This document shows, piece after piece, positions 36,583 through 46,766 of a DNA stretch of 64,000 bases. Positions within the stretch are counted from its first letter, which is position 1, and each line of letters starts with the position of its first letter. A program made the translations under genes and the position numbers. The notes under the pieces were generated by a model, which saw only the letters and a program-made list of their open reading frames with translations, ran no database searches and was not told the DNA's origin. The stretch is from IMG/VR virus record IMGVR_UViG_2895374923_000001, positions 27,860 to 91,859 of that record; one strand, 5' to 3'. This stretch comes from a virus. Taxonomy: Duplodnaviria; Caudoviricetes.

Positions 36583-37887
36583 GTGAAGCTCTGGCGGTCA
36601 CTGCTCGGCCGAGACGATGAGAAGCGGTACAGCTTCTCCGACTGGGCCGCCGACAAGATGCTGTTCGGCGGCATGACCTACCCGCTGCTCGGCGGCGGAT
36701 GGTCGAAGTCGGAGGAGATCGAGCAGACGTTCCCCGGCTACGTGCAGGGCGCCTACAAGGCCAACGGCGTGGTTTTCGCCACCGTCTTGGCCCGGCTGCT
36801 GCTGTTCACCGAGGCGCGTTTCCAGTGGCAGCGCATGTCCGGCGGCCGGCCAGGCGACCTGTTCGGCACCCCAGACCTGGCGATTCTGGAGACGCCCTGG
36901 CCGAACGGGACAACGGGCGAGCTGCTGGCCAGGATGGAACAGGACGCCAGCCTCGGCGGCAACTTCTACGCCGCCCGCGAGACTGGCCGGATACGCCGGC
37001 TGCGGCCGGACTGGGTGTCGATCATCCTCACCGCGCCGCCGGACGAGGCCGTCGAGTCGGACGTGGCCGGCTATCTGTATCGGCCGGGTGGAATCGGCTC
37101 CCGGGCGGAGGGCCAGATCTACCTGCCGGACGAGGTGTGTCATTGGTCGCCCGTGCCGGATCCGGAGGCGCAGTACCGGGGCATGTCGTGGGTGACGCCG
37201 GTGGTGCGCGAGGTGCAGGCGGACAAGGCCGCGACGCTGCACAAGTCGCGCTTCTTCGACAACGCCGCCACGCCCAACCTCGCGGTGTCGTTCAAAGAGA
37301 GCGTCACCAAGGAGCAGTTCAAGGAGTTCATGGAGGCGATGAACGCCGCCCACCAGGGCGTCGACAACGCCTACCGGACCCTGTATCTCGGGGGCGGCGC
37401 GGACGTGACCGTCGTCGGCGCCGATCTGCGCCAACTCGACTTCAAGCAGACCCAGGGTGCCGGGGAGACGAGGATCACCGCCGCCGGTGGTGTCCCCGCG
37501 GTGATCGTGGGCCTGTCCGAGGGGCTGCAGGCCGCCACCTACAGCAACTATGGGCAGGCTCGCCGCAAGTTCGGCGACCACTGGGCGCGCCCGCAGTGGC
37601 GTTCGGCCGCCGCTGCTTTGTCGGTTCTCCTTCCCGCGCAGGGCGGCGGCGTGCGGCTCTGGTACGACGACGCCAACATTGCCTTCCTGCGTGAGGACCG
37701 GAAAGACATCGCCGAGATCCAGGCGATGGAGGCCCAGACGATCCGCACCCTTGGCGACGCCGGATACGAGCCTGATTCGGTGAAAGCTGCCGTCAAGGCC
37801 AACGACTGGAGCCTGCTCGTGCACTCGGGCCTCTACTCGGTTCAGCTTCAACCCGCCGGGACGCAACCGGCCCTGCCTGCCGCATAG
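36583..37887 (+). CDS. Portal protein (HK97-like)
   Basis: LGGNFY...LRPDWV...YRGMSWV...FFDNAATP. Confidence 0.92.
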   Translation: MKLWRSLLGRDDEKRYSFSDWAADKMLFGGMTYPLLGGGWSKSEEIEQTFPGYVQGAYKANGVVFATVLARLLLFTEARFQWQRMSGGRPGDLFGTPDLAILETPWPNGTTGELLARMEQDASLGGNFYAARETGRIRRLRPDWVSIILTAPPDEAVESDVAGYLYRPGGIGSRAEGQIYLPDEVCHWSPVPDPEAQYRGMSWVTPVVREVQADKAATLHKSRFFDNAATPNLAVSFKESVTKEQFKEFMEAMNAAHQGVDNAYRTLYLGGGADVTVVGADLRQLDFKQTQGAGETRITAAGGVPAVIVGLSEGLQAATYSNYGQARRKFGDHWARPQWRSAAAALSVLLPAQGGGVRLWYDDANIAFLREDRKDIAEIQAMEAQTIRTLGDAGYEPDSVKAAVKANDWSLLVHSGLYSVQLQPAGTQPALPAA

Positions 37888-37895
37888 GAGCACTC

Positions 37896-38693
37896 ATGGA
37901 AACCCTGCGCGAGCTCGATCTGGTTCGCGCCGTGCCGGCGTGCGTGGAGCTGCGCGCAGACGGCGACGGCGGCGAAGGGACCGACACGCTCGGCACCATG
38001 GTCGGCCACTTCTCCGTGTTCGACACCTGGTACCGGATCCGCTCGTTCTGGGAGGGCGACTTCATGGAGTCGATCGCCCCGGGCGCCTTCCGCAAGACGA
38101 TGGCCGAGCGGCGCGATCAGATCGTGGTGGCCTTCGACCACGGCTATGACCCGGTCATCGGCGACAAGGTGCTCGGCCCGATCGACGACCTGCGCGAGGA
38201 CGGGACGGGCGGCTACTACGAGGTCGGGCTGCTGGACACCAGCTACAACCGCGACCTGCTGCCCGCCCTCAAGCGCGGCCTGTACGGCTCCAGCTTCCGC
38301 TTCCAGGTGATCAAGGACGAGTGGGACGACGAGCCCGAGCGCTCCGACCACAACCCCGACGGCGTCCCCGAGCGCACCATCCGGGAGGTGCGCCTGTATG
38401 AGTTCGGGCCCGTCACCTATCCGGCCAACCCCGCCGCGACCGCCGGGATGCGCTCGATGAGCGGCATGACCGACCAGTACTACGAGCGCCTGCGCGCCAG
38501 AGGCGCCCAGCAGATCGACGACCTGCTGGCGCGAGCGCGCGCGCTTCGCACTCCCGACCTCGCAGCCGCCCCCGCGGGCACTGCGGAGCAGGGAGCCGCA
38601 CCCGTTGCCGACGAGCCGGTGAACCACCACTCGCGCGGTCTGTCCGTGAGCTCCAGGAGCCGACTCCTGGAGCTTGAGTTCCTTGCTTCATAG
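37896..38693 (+). CDS. HK97-family prohead protease
   Basis: GHFSVF...ESIAPGAF...FDHG...SFRF...LYEFGPVTYPANP. Confidence 0.92.
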   Translation: METLRELDLVRAVPACVELRADGDGGEGTDTLGTMVGHFSVFDTWYRIRSFWEGDFMESIAPGAFRKTMAERRDQIVVAFDHGYDPVIGDKVLGPIDDLREDGTGGYYEVGLLDTSYNRDLLPALKRGLYGSSFRFQVIKDEWDDEPERSDHNPDGVPERTIREVRLYEFGPVTYPANPAATAGMRSMSGMTDQYYERLRARGAQQIDDLLARARALRTPDLAAAPAGTAEQGAAPVADEPVNHHSRGLSVSSRSRLLELEFLAS

Positions 38694-38703
38694 GGAGCAG
38701 ACC

Positions 38704-40110
38704 ATGAATCCGAGTGAGAGGCTGGCAGCCGTCGAGGACGAGCTGCGGGCCATCCACGAGGCGGCCGGAGACGAGCCGCTCACCGACGAGCAGCAGGCCC
38801 AGTGGGATGAGCTGCGCAGCGAGCGCGGCCGGCTGCAGGAGACGATCCGCCGCCAGGAGGAGCGCCGGGAGGAGGTGCGCAGCCTGGCCGAGCGGCCCGG
38901 CCGTACCGAGGCCGGCGACGGCGCCCGCGGCGCCCCGCAGGTTATGACGAAGGTGGACCCGTTTGCCGTGCTGGAGGATCGCAGCCTGCACGGCGGCGAC
39001 CTGCAGCGGGCGCTGACCGACGCCAATCTGAAGGCGCTGGAAGAGCGTGACCTGGGCGGTGCCGACAACGAGCGGCACGTCGAGACGCTGCTGCGGCGGC
39101 ATGGCGGCGACACCCGGTGGGCATCCAACCTGCTCGCGCGCTCCCGGCCGGAGTACGAGGCCGGGTTCTCCAAGATGATGACGGGCAGGCAGGAGTACCT
39201 GACCTACGAGGAGCGCGCCGCGATGGCCGTCGGTACGGCTACCGCCGGCGGGCTGCTCGTGCCGACCCACCTGGACCCGACGCTGATCCTGACCAATGCC
39301 GGGACCTCGAACGTGATCCGTGGCATCGCGCGGGTGGTGACGCTGACGGTCGGCAATGTCTGGCACGGCGTCACCACGGCGGGCGTGACCGCGTCGTGGG
39401 ACGGCGAACTCGTCGAAGTATCCGATGACACGCCGGCGCTCGCCGCCGCGACCGTCTCGACCGTGCAGGCGCAGTCGCTGGTGCAGGCGTCCATCGCCGC
39501 GTTCGAGGACATCGCCGGCCTCAGCTCGGACGTGCTGATGCTGTTCGCCGACGCCCGCGACCGGCTGGAGGGCGCCGCGCACGCGACCGGCTCCGGTTCC
39601 GGTCAGCCGAAGGGCATCTTCACCGCGGTCAACGCCTCCGCCTCGCTGCAGGTCACCTCGACCACGGCGGCGACGATCGGCCTGGTCGACCTGCACTCGC
39701 TGTATCGGACGCTGCCGGTGCGTTGGCGCGGCCGCGGCACGTGGCTGACCAACCCGCTCTACAGCCTGGCAATCAAGGCGCTGGGCACCGCGGTGTCGGC
39801 GAGCTTCTCGACCGACATCACGCAGGCGATGGCAGGAAGCCTGCTGGGCCGGCCGCTGGTGGAGTCGGACGACGCGCCGACTACGCAGACCACGACCGCG
39901 CTCGACAACGAGATCATCTTCGGAGACTTCTCCGGATACACGATCGTGGACATGCCGGGTGGGTTCTCGGTGGAGTTCATCCCGCACATGTTCAACACCG
40001 CCAACAACCTGCCGGACGGCCGCAGGGCCTGGTTCGCATACTGGCGCAACGGCGCCGACGCGACCAATCTGGCCAGCTTCCGGATGCTGGTGGACAAGAC
40101 CAGCGCCTGA
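38704..40110 (+). CDS. Major capsid protein (HK97 fold, delta domain)
   Basis: Coiled-coil N-terminus, GGLLVP, G.G.GQPKGI, LLGRPL, IIFGDFS. Confidence 0.93.
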   Translation: MNPSERLAAVEDELRAIHEAAGDEPLTDEQQAQWDELRSERGRLQETIRRQEERREEVRSLAERPGRTEAGDGARGAPQVMTKVDPFAVLEDRSLHGGDLQRALTDANLKALEERDLGGADNERHVETLLRRHGGDTRWASNLLARSRPEYEAGFSKMMTGRQEYLTYEERAAMAVGTATAGGLLVPTHLDPTLILTNAGTSNVIRGIARVVTLTVGNVWHGVTTAGVTASWDGELVEVSDDTPALAAATVSTVQAQSLVQASIAAFEDIAGLSSDVLMLFADARDRLEGAAHATGSGSGQPKGIFTAVNASASLQVTSTTAATIGLVDLHSLYRTLPVRWRGRGTWLTNPLYSLAIKALGTAVSASFSTDITQAMAGSLLGRPLVESDDAPTTQTTTALDNEIIFGDFSGYTIVDMPGGFSVEFIPHMFNTANNLPDGRRAWFAYWRNGADATNLASFRMLVDKTSA

Positions 40111-40187
40111 CGTGTGGAGGCCCTGGCGCGCTGCGGGGCCGGGGCCTCCATCACCTTCCCGCCGGCCCCTACTAAGGAGATGTCGCC

Positions 40188-40445
40188 ATGCCGATGCGCG
40201 TGCGCGAACGCTACAAGGCCGAACCGTGCGCCCTGCTCGACCCGAAGAGCGGCGCCCACATCGTGCCCGACCCGACCCGCCAGTACGCCGACGACGATCC
40301 GGTGGTGCTCAACGCGCCCTGGTACTTCATCGCCGAGGGCGAGCAGGACGAGCCTGCGCCGGACTCTGTGCGGATCGCCGAGGTCGAGCAGGCGACGACC
40401 GCGCCCGGCGAGCGGCGGACGACGCGGCGGCCGAAGGCGAAGTGA
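40188..40445 (+). CDS. Small capsid-adjacent protein
   Basis: VEQATTAPGERR motif; TAAGGAG upstream. Confidence 0.75.
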   Translation: MPMRVRERYKAEPCALLDPKSGAHIVPDPTRQYADDDPVVLNAPWYFIAEGEQDEPAPDSVRIAEVEQATTAPGERRTTRRPKAK

Positions 40446-41248
40446 AGCGCGGCAGCGTGGTCGTCGGGTTCCTCGACGACGGCCAATGGGCGGCATCGTT
40501 CGGGCTGTCGTATCGGGACCTGTGCCTATATGACGTGATGTCGCAGCAGCGGATCGTGCGCGAGGGCGGCCGGGAGTTGCGGCAGATGTGCGGGACGGGC
40601 GGCATCGCCGAGGGCCGCAACGAGGTAGCCAGGAGCTTTCTCGACCAGACCGACGGCGAGTGGCTGTTCTTCGTCGACACCGACATGGGCTTCGCCCAGG
40701 ACACCGTGGACCGCCTGGTGGCCGCCGCCGATCGCTACCGGCGGCCGGTCATGGGCGGGCTGTGCTTCGCCCAGCGCCGCACCGGGACCGGCGAGCTGTA
40801 CGCGCCGGAGTTCGCGATCGTGCCCACCTGCTACGCCTACGCGGAGCTGGAGGACGAGCTCGGGTTCGTGCCGATGCCGGACTACGGCCGCGACCAGGTC
40901 GTCGAAGTGGCCGCCACCGGCGCTGCCTGCCTGCTGATCCACCGGCGGGCGCTGGAGAAGATCCGCGAACGCTACGGCGAGGCGTGGTTCGACCCGATCA
41001 CCCACCCGACCGGGCTGCGAGGCGGGCGCCGCGTCTTCTCCGAAGACCTGTCGTTCTGCGTCCGCTGCCAGGCCGCCGACATCCCGGTGCACGTGGACAC
41101 GCGGGTGAAGACGAGCCACGAAAAGGGCGGCATCTATCTGACCGAACAGGCGTTCGACCGCCAGCAGAAGGGCAAGGAGGTGGGCGATGGCGCTGGGCGA
41201 CCCCTACGCGACGCTGGCACAGCTGAAGTCGTACCTGCAGGTGTCTGA
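40442..41248 (+). CDS. GT-A/GT2-like glycosyltransferase
   Basis: GRNEVARSFL...WLFFVDTDMGF (DxD)...TGAACLLIHR...FSEDLSFC. Confidence 0.85.
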   Translation: MKRGSVVVGFLDDGQWAASFGLSYRDLCLYDVMSQQRIVREGGRELRQMCGTGGIAEGRNEVARSFLDQTDGEWLFFVDTDMGFAQDTVDRLVAAADRYRRPVMGGLCFAQRRTGTGELYAPEFAIVPTCYAYAELEDELGFVPMPDYGRDQVVEVAATGAACLLIHRRALEKIRERYGEAWFDPITHPTGLRGGRRVFSEDLSFCVRCQAADIPVHVDTRVKTSHEKGGIYLTEQAFDRQQKGKEVGDGAGRPLRDAGTAEVVPAGV

Positions 41249-41798
41249 CGCCGTCGACGACGGCGAGCTGACCGGTGCGCTGACCTCCAGCTCGCGCGAG
41301 ATCGAGAAGCACTGCAACCGGCAGTTCAACAAGGCGACCTCGGCGACGGCCCGCATCTACTACCCCGACAGCGCCTGCCTGGCCTACGTCGACGACTTCT
41401 GGACGACGTCCGGCCTGGTCGTGAAGACCGACGACGGTGACGACGGCACGTTCGAGACGACCTGGGCCACCACCGACTTCCAGCTCGAGCCTCTGAACGC
41501 AGTCGTGGACGGCGAGAGCGGCTGGGCGTACTGGAGGATCCGGGCCATCTACAGCCGGTGCTTCCCCATCACCAGCCGGCGGGCGCCGCTGCAGGTGACC
41601 GCGCAGTGGGGCTGGGCCGCCGTGCCGGCGCCGGTGCAGCAGGCGTGCCTGATCCTCTCAGCCGAGGTGTTCAAGCTCAGGTCGGCGCCGTTCGGGGTGG
41701 CCGGGTTCGGCGAGTATGGCGCGATCCGCGTGCGGGAGAACCCGAAGGTGTGCGCGCTGCTGAAGCCGTATGAGCGCAACCGGATCCTGGTCGGCTGA
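41187..41798 (+). CDS. Head-tail adaptor
   Basis: YATLAQLK...SREIEKHCNRQF...GWAAVPAPVQQAC. Confidence 0.85.
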   Translation: MALGDPYATLAQLKSYLQVSDAVDDGELTGALTSSSREIEKHCNRQFNKATSATARIYYPDSACLAYVDDFWTTSGLVVKTDDGDDGTFETTWATTDFQLEPLNAVVDGESGWAYWRIRAIYSRCFPITSRRAPLQVTAQWGWAAVPAPVQQACLILSAEVFKLRSAPFGVAGFGEYGAIRVRENPKVCALLKPYERNRILVG

Positions 41799-42217
41799 TG
41801 GCGCCGACTATCGCGCAGGTGATGCAGGGCATCGAGGCCCGGCTGGCCACCATCGCCGGGCTGCGGGTCGACGACGTCGTGCCCGACCAGATCAACCCGC
41901 CGGCCGCGCTGGTCGGGGTGCCGCCGATCCCGACCTACCACCAGACGATGGGCCGCGGCCGGTTCATGCTCGAGCCGACCGTGACCGTGCTGGTGTCGGC
42001 CGCGGTCGACCGCGCCGGCCAGCTGGCGCTGGCCGGCTACGCCAACCCGACCGGGCCGCTGTCGGTGCTGGCCGCCATCGAGGGCGACCGCACGCTCGGC
42101 GCGGTGGTCGAGGACTGCATCGTCATCGACTTCCGGCCGCTCGGCCTCGAAGAGGTGGGCCAGATCGGCTACTACGGCGGCGTCTTCACTCTGCGCGTCA
42201 TCGCGCTCGGAACCTGA
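41798..42217 (+). CDS. Tail terminator/completion protein
   Basis: RLATIAGLRV...PPAA...AIEGDRTLG. Confidence 0.75.
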   Translation: MAPTIAQVMQGIEARLATIAGLRVDDVVPDQINPPAALVGVPPIPTYHQTMGRGRFMLEPTVTVLVSAAVDRAGQLALAGYANPTGPLSVLAAIEGDRTLGAVVEDCIVIDFRPLGLEEVGQIGYYGGVFTLRVIALGT

Positions 42218-42228
42218 GGTGGGTGGCT

Positions 42229-42456
42229 GTGGCTGAGGAGCTCTCGTTCGCCGAGAAGATCCGTACCGTCGGGCTCCTGTCACGCGGGCGGTCGGGGCCT
42301 CGAGTGCGTGAGGGGCGCCGCGCGGACGGGGTGCGCGTCAAGGCGACGATCGACGAGCTCGGCAACACCACCACCGAGCACGCCACCCGCGACGACCGGG
42401 TCGATGTCGCACTACGCCCACAAACGATCACCGTGTTGCGGAATGGAGAGTCGTGA
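42229..42456 (+). CDS. Hypothetical structural-region protein
   Basis: GAGGTG RBS; coupled. Confidence 0.55.
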   Translation: MAEELSFAEKIRTVGLLSRGRSGPRVREGRRADGVRVKATIDELGNTTTEHATRDDRVDVALRPQTITVLRNGES

Positions 42457-42692
42457 TGTCCTCAGCAGAACGCGCGGCCGGCCTGCGCGCTCAAGCGGAC
42501 GCACTCGAGCGCCTGGCGGAGCTCGAGGCGGACCTGGCCACGGCCAAGAGCGCCCATGCCGCAGACCCGACGCCGGAGAGCAAAGCGGCCAAGCAGGAGA
42601 CGGCGCTGGCTCTGCGTCAGGCCCGCGCGCTCGTCCGTGAGGACGGAGTGGCGGTCGGCGGCGACGCTTTCATCAGCACCGAGGGAGACTGA
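42456..42692 (+). CDS. Small helical protein
   Basis: Coupled ORF. Confidence 0.65.
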   Translation: MSSAERAAGLRAQADALERLAELEADLATAKSAHAADPTPESKAAKQETALALRQARALVREDGVAVGGDAFISTEGD

Positions 42693-42695
42693 GTC

Positions 42696-43145
42696 GTGGC
42701 CATCACCGCATCGGGCCTGTACGTGGCCACGTTCGTCGACGTGCTCGACACCACCCAGCTTGCGCTGGACCTCGACCTTGAGACGCACAAGGTCGCCATG
42801 TTCACCAATAGCATCACGCCGAACTTCACCTCGGACACGGCCTACGGCGCCTCGCCGTACGACGCCAACGAGGTGTCCGGCACCGGCTACAGCGCGGGTG
42901 GCGTGGCGCTGACGTCGACGACGTTCACCGGCGCATCGGGTACGTCGACGTTCGACGCCGCGGACACCTCGTGGTCGTCCTCGACGATCACCAACGCGCG
43001 CGGCGCGCTCATCTACGCCGACGCGCTGGCCGGCAACAACGCAATCTGCCTGGTGAACTTCGGCGCCGACTACTCCACGCAGGCCGGCCTGTTCCTGATC
43101 ACCTGGAGTGCCTCCGGCATCTTCGCCATCGACCTCACCCCGTAG
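42696..43145 (+). CDS. Putative fibre/collar-associated structural protein
   Basis: NEVSGTGYSAGG...FDAAD.SW...ARGALIY...NFG.D. Confidence 0.7.
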   Translation: MAITASGLYVATFVDVLDTTQLALDLDLETHKVAMFTNSITPNFTSDTAYGASPYDANEVSGTGYSAGGVALTSTTFTGASGTSTFDAADTSWSSSTITNARGALIYADALAGNNAICLVNFGADYSTQAGLFLITWSASGIFAIDLTP

Positions 43146-43153
43146 GAGATGTG

Positions 43154-43417
43154 ATGGCCGTCCTGAGCGCCCTCGCCCGGGCCCGCACCGCAGCTCAGTG
43201 GATGCGGGAGAACAAAGAGGTCTGCACCTTCAGCAAGACCGATCTGCGTGCGGCGATCGACGCTGCCGACGACTGGCTCGAGGCCAAGCTGCCCGAGTAC
43301 AACCTGGCCCTCCCGGCCGCATTCCGGAGCGCGGCGAGCCCCGATCAGAAGGCGTGGGTGCTCGCGTTTGTGCTGTGGCGGCGGATCGGCCGGCTGCGCG
43401 CGGATGAGGATGGCTGA
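43154..43417 (+). CDS. Hypothetical protein
   Basis: AGGAG RBS. Confidence 0.65.
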   Translation: MAVLSALARARTAAQWMRENKEVCTFSKTDLRAAIDAADDWLEAKLPEYNLALPAAFRSAASPDQKAWVLAFVLWRRIGRLRADEDG

Positions 43418-43920
43418 TGGCGACGGTCTACTGCCCCCTCATGCCGGAGGGCGCGTCCTTCCTCACCTCCTCCTTTCCCGCCTTCCGGACCATCCCGGGC
43501 ACGAACTTCCCCGTCACCGTGCTGGCTTACGACGCCGCGGCCCAGGAGAACGCCTACTGGAAGTTCATCCCGTTCAACTACGGATCCGGCAACCTCACGC
43601 TGGAAGCCTTCTGGTACGCCGACACCGCGTCGTCCGGCGTCGTGCGGTGGGACGCGGCCATCGCCGCCATCACCGCGAACACCGACAGCCAGGACGTCGA
43701 AACCGATGGGCTGGCGACCGCCCAGGCCGTCGACGACACCCACCTGGGCACCACCGGCCAGCGGCTGCACTCGGTGACCCTGACGATCTCCAACCTCGAC
43801 TCGATCGCCGCCCTGGACGCCTGTTTCATCCGGGTCTCCCGCCTCGGCAACCACGCCAACGACACCATGGCGGGCGACGCCTTCCTCGAGCGCGCCTACC
43901 TGAGCTGGTCCGACACCTGA
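43417..43920 (+). CDS. Beta-rich structural protein
   Basis: Coupled ORF; composition. Confidence 0.65.
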   Translation: MATVYCPLMPEGASFLTSSFPAFRTIPGTNFPVTVLAYDAAAQENAYWKFIPFNYGSGNLTLEAFWYADTASSGVVRWDAAIAAITANTDSQDVETDGLATAQAVDDTHLGTTGQRLHSVTLTISNLDSIAALDACFIRVSRLGNHANDTMAGDAFLERAYLSWSDT

Positions 43921-43930
43921 CGAGGCGAGC

Positions 43931-46372
43931 GTGGCGCACCGGTTCAACGCCGACAACCAGGACTACTTCCGGACCGCGGCCTGGGGGCAGACCGCGCAAT
44001 GGTCGATCTGCATCTGGGCCAAGATCTCCACCGACCGCAACACGTACAGCACAATCTGGTGCGTCGACAACGGCACCGGCGACCTCTACGTGCTGCAAAG
44101 CAACAGCGACGGCACCACAATGGAGCTGCTGGATGACGCCCTGACCCCCAAGGGCAGCCTGGCCATGACGGTGGGCACCTGGTACTACTGGGGCGTCTCG
44201 ATCAACGGGGCCGCCGGGACGATCGTCACCCGCCCCGCCACCAGCAACACCTTCACGCTCACCACCTGGGCCTCCGGGCTGTCACCGCACACCACCATTC
44301 AGACCATCGGCATCGGCGAGTCAGCCTGGAACGGCGAGTGGTTCAACGGCTGCGTCGCCGCCTGCAAGATCTATCGCAACGCCAGCCTCACCCAGGCCGA
44401 GCTCGAAGAAGAGTCGTGGACGATCCTGCCGCGACGGACCACGGACCTGTACGCCTGGTATCCGTGGACGGTCCCGAGCCAGGTCGACTATTCGGGTAAC
44501 GGCAACACCCTGAGCGGTGGAGGCGCGAGCCCCACCACCGAGGATGGCCCGCCCATCTCCTGGGCCGGCGCGGCACCGCTCATCTTCCGGCCGCTGAGCG
44601 CCAACGCCACCGCCACGCCGCCGGTCATCGCAGGCACCGCATCGTGTCCGGCGCCGTCCCTGTCGGCCGACGCCGGCGTCACGCCCGGTGTCGTCGCCGC
44701 CAGCGCGGCAGTGCCGGCCGCGACCGTCTCGGCGGGCGCGACCGCGGCTCCGGGCGTCATCTCGGCCGGCGCGTCCATCGCCGCCCCCGCGCTGTCGGCA
44801 GGCTCGACGGTCGCCGTCGACGCCGTGGCGGCCGCCGCATCCACGCCGCCGGCCACGCTGTCGAGCGGCGCCGCCACCGCGCCCGACGTGACTACCGCCG
44901 CGGCGACGGTCGCCGCGGCGGCGCTGACCATCGGCCCAGAGGCTGCGGCAGTGGCCGTTGCCGCGTCGGTACCCGGCCCGGGCCTGTCGGCCGGGGCGTC
45001 TGCGGCGCCGCCCGCGGCCGAGGCGGTTGCATCGGCGCCGAGCGTCACCGTCTCGGCCGGGGCGACGCCTACGCCGCCGGCCGCCGCCGTAGGGGCTTCC
45101 CTTTCTGCAGCGGCGGTCTCGGCCGGTGCCGGCGCCGGTCCGCCGGTGGTCACCGCCTCCGCGGCGGTTCCGGCTCCGGGCCTGGCGGCCGGTGCGGGCG
45201 TCGAGGCGGTCACGGTTTCGGCGGCTGCCAGCTTGCCCGCGGTGGCCGTCACCCAGGGTGCCGAGGTGGCCGCCGCGCCGGTGACGGCCCTGGCGACGCC
45301 GGCGGGGCCGGTTGTTTCCGCGGGCGCGACCCATTCGGCGGCCGCGGTCACAGCGGCAGCCACACTGGCCGCGGCGTCGCCGTCCGCAGGCGCCACGGCC
45401 GGACCGGCGCTGGTCCAGGTCGCGGCCGCCGTATCGGGCGTGACGGTGTCGGCTGGAGCTTCCGCCGCACCCGGGGCGGTGCCGGCCGCCGTGGCGCTGC
45501 CCGCGCCGGGCGTGGCCACGGCCGCAAGCGCGGCGCCGCCCGTCGCGACCGCCGCCAGCTCGCTCGCCGCGGCGACGCTGTCGGCGGGCTCCGGCGTGAG
45601 CTCCTCCGTCGTAGCCGGCAGCGCCGAGGTGTCCGCGCCGGCCGTATCGGCGGGAGCGGGAGCCGCACCGGCGCACGTCGCGGCCACGGCGGCGCTGCCC
45701 GAGGCGGTGGTGTCGATCGGCGGCGACGCCGGCGTCAACGCCGCGGCGGTGGCCGCCACGGCCGCCGTCGGCGTCCCGGCGCTGTCAGCCGGGGCGACAC
45801 CGGCGGCCGCCGCGATCACAGGCGCGGCCTCCATGCCGGCAGCGGTGCTTTCGGCGGGTGCCGCGCTCGCGCCGCCGCTCCTCGCGGCTACGGCCGTGCT
45901 GGCGGCCGCGAGCCTGTCGGCCGGAGCCGCAGCCGGCCCGGGGCCGGTCGTGGTCGCCGTCGCCATCCCGGCGCCGCTCGCGGCGGCCGGTGCGGGCGTG
46001 GGGCCCGCGCTGGTGACCTGCCTGGTGGCGATCACCGCGCCGGACGCTGCGGCGTCGAGCAGCGTGAGCGCGACCGTGGTCACGGCCGCGGTATCGCTGC
46101 CGGGAGCAGCCGTTTCGGCCGGCGCGGCGCCTGCCCCGGCCGTGATCGCGGTGAGCGTGCAGGTCGGCGCCGAGGCAGAGACCGGCACAGCGCTGGCCGA
46201 CCTCGACGCCGAAGCCCTCGTGGCCGGACTGATCCAGGCGGTCGTGCAAGTCGTCGCCCGGCGCGACGCCGAGGCGCTCGTCGTCGCCCGGCGGGAGGCC
46301 GCCGTGCAGGTGGCCGGCGGCCGCGACGCCGATGTGACCGTGGCAGCCCGGCTGGATGCCGCCATCACCTGA
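43931..46372 (+). CDS. Fibre-like protein: N-terminal LamG/ConA-like domain plus ~24 Ala/Val/Pro/Ser-rich 22-aa repeats
   Basis: WSICIWAK...GTWYYW...FNGCVAACKIY...LTQAEL; repeat GATAAPGVISAGASIAAPALSA. Confidence 0.75.
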   Translation: MAHRFNADNQDYFRTAAWGQTAQWSICIWAKISTDRNTYSTIWCVDNGTGDLYVLQSNSDGTTMELLDDALTPKGSLAMTVGTWYYWGVSINGAAGTIVTRPATSNTFTLTTWASGLSPHTTIQTIGIGESAWNGEWFNGCVAACKIYRNASLTQAELEEESWTILPRRTTDLYAWYPWTVPSQVDYSGNGNTLSGGGASPTTEDGPPISWAGAAPLIFRPLSANATATPPVIAGTASCPAPSLSADAGVTPGVVAASAAVPAATVSAGATAAPGVISAGASIAAPALSAGSTVAVDAVAAAASTPPATLSSGAATAPDVTTAAATVAAAALTIGPEAAAVAVAASVPGPGLSAGASAAPPAAEAVASAPSVTVSAGATPTPPAAAVGASLSAAAVSAGAGAGPPVVTASAAVPAPGLAAGAGVEAVTVSAAASLPAVAVTQGAEVAAAPVTALATPAGPVVSAGATHSAAAVTAAATLAAASPSAGATAGPALVQVAAAVSGVTVSAGASAAPGAVPAAVALPAPGVATAASAAPPVATAASSLAAATLSAGSGVSSSVVAGSAEVSAPAVSAGAGAAPAHVAATAALPEAVVSIGGDAGVNAAAVAATAAVGVPALSAGATPAAAAITGAASMPAAVLSAGAALAPPLLAATAVLAAASLSAGAAAGPGPVVVAVAIPAPLAAAGAGVGPALVTCLVAITAPDAAASSSVSATVVTAAVSLPGAAVSAGAAPAPAVIAVSVQVGAEAETGTALADLDAEALVAGLIQAVVQVVARRDAEALVVARREAAVQVAGGRDADVTVAARLDAAIT

Positions 46373-46387
46373 GCGAGGGAGCCCTTT

Positions 46388-46732
46388 GTGACGACGCGCC
46401 GCGATCTCACGCTCATCCAGGTCAACGACGAAACCGTCGACCTGGCCATCACCCAGCACGACTCGGGAGCGGCGCAGGATCTGACCGGCGCCACGGTCGA
46501 GTGCTACCTGAAGCCGACCGCGCAGACCGCCGACGACGGCGCCGGCGTGACGAAGCTGTCGACCGCAACCGGCGAGATCACCATCACCTCGGCCGTCGGC
46601 GGCACCTGCCAGATCGCCGTGCCCGCCGCTGCGCTGACCACCGCCGGCACGCGCTGGTGGCGCGCCGACGTGATCCTGTCGGGCAAGCGCCGGACCTGCG
46701 TGTACGGGCCGCTGCACGTCGTGGACGCCTGA
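46388..46732 (+). CDS. BppU-N-like fibre adaptor/baseplate protein
   Basis: AQDLTGATV...GEITIT...G...V. Confidence 0.7.
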   Translation: MTTRRDLTLIQVNDETVDLAITQHDSGAAQDLTGATVECYLKPTAQTADDGAGVTKLSTATGEITITSAVGGTCQIAVPAAALTTAGTRWWRADVILSGKRRTCVYGPLHVVDA

Positions 46733-46766
46733 TCTGAGCCCTGCCATCTGAGTTGAAGGAGACGAC

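Noticed and set aside
34809-39987. Long - strand ORFs opposite terL, portal and capsid
   Set aside because: Stop-poor antisense frames typical of high GC; the + strand has clear motifs.
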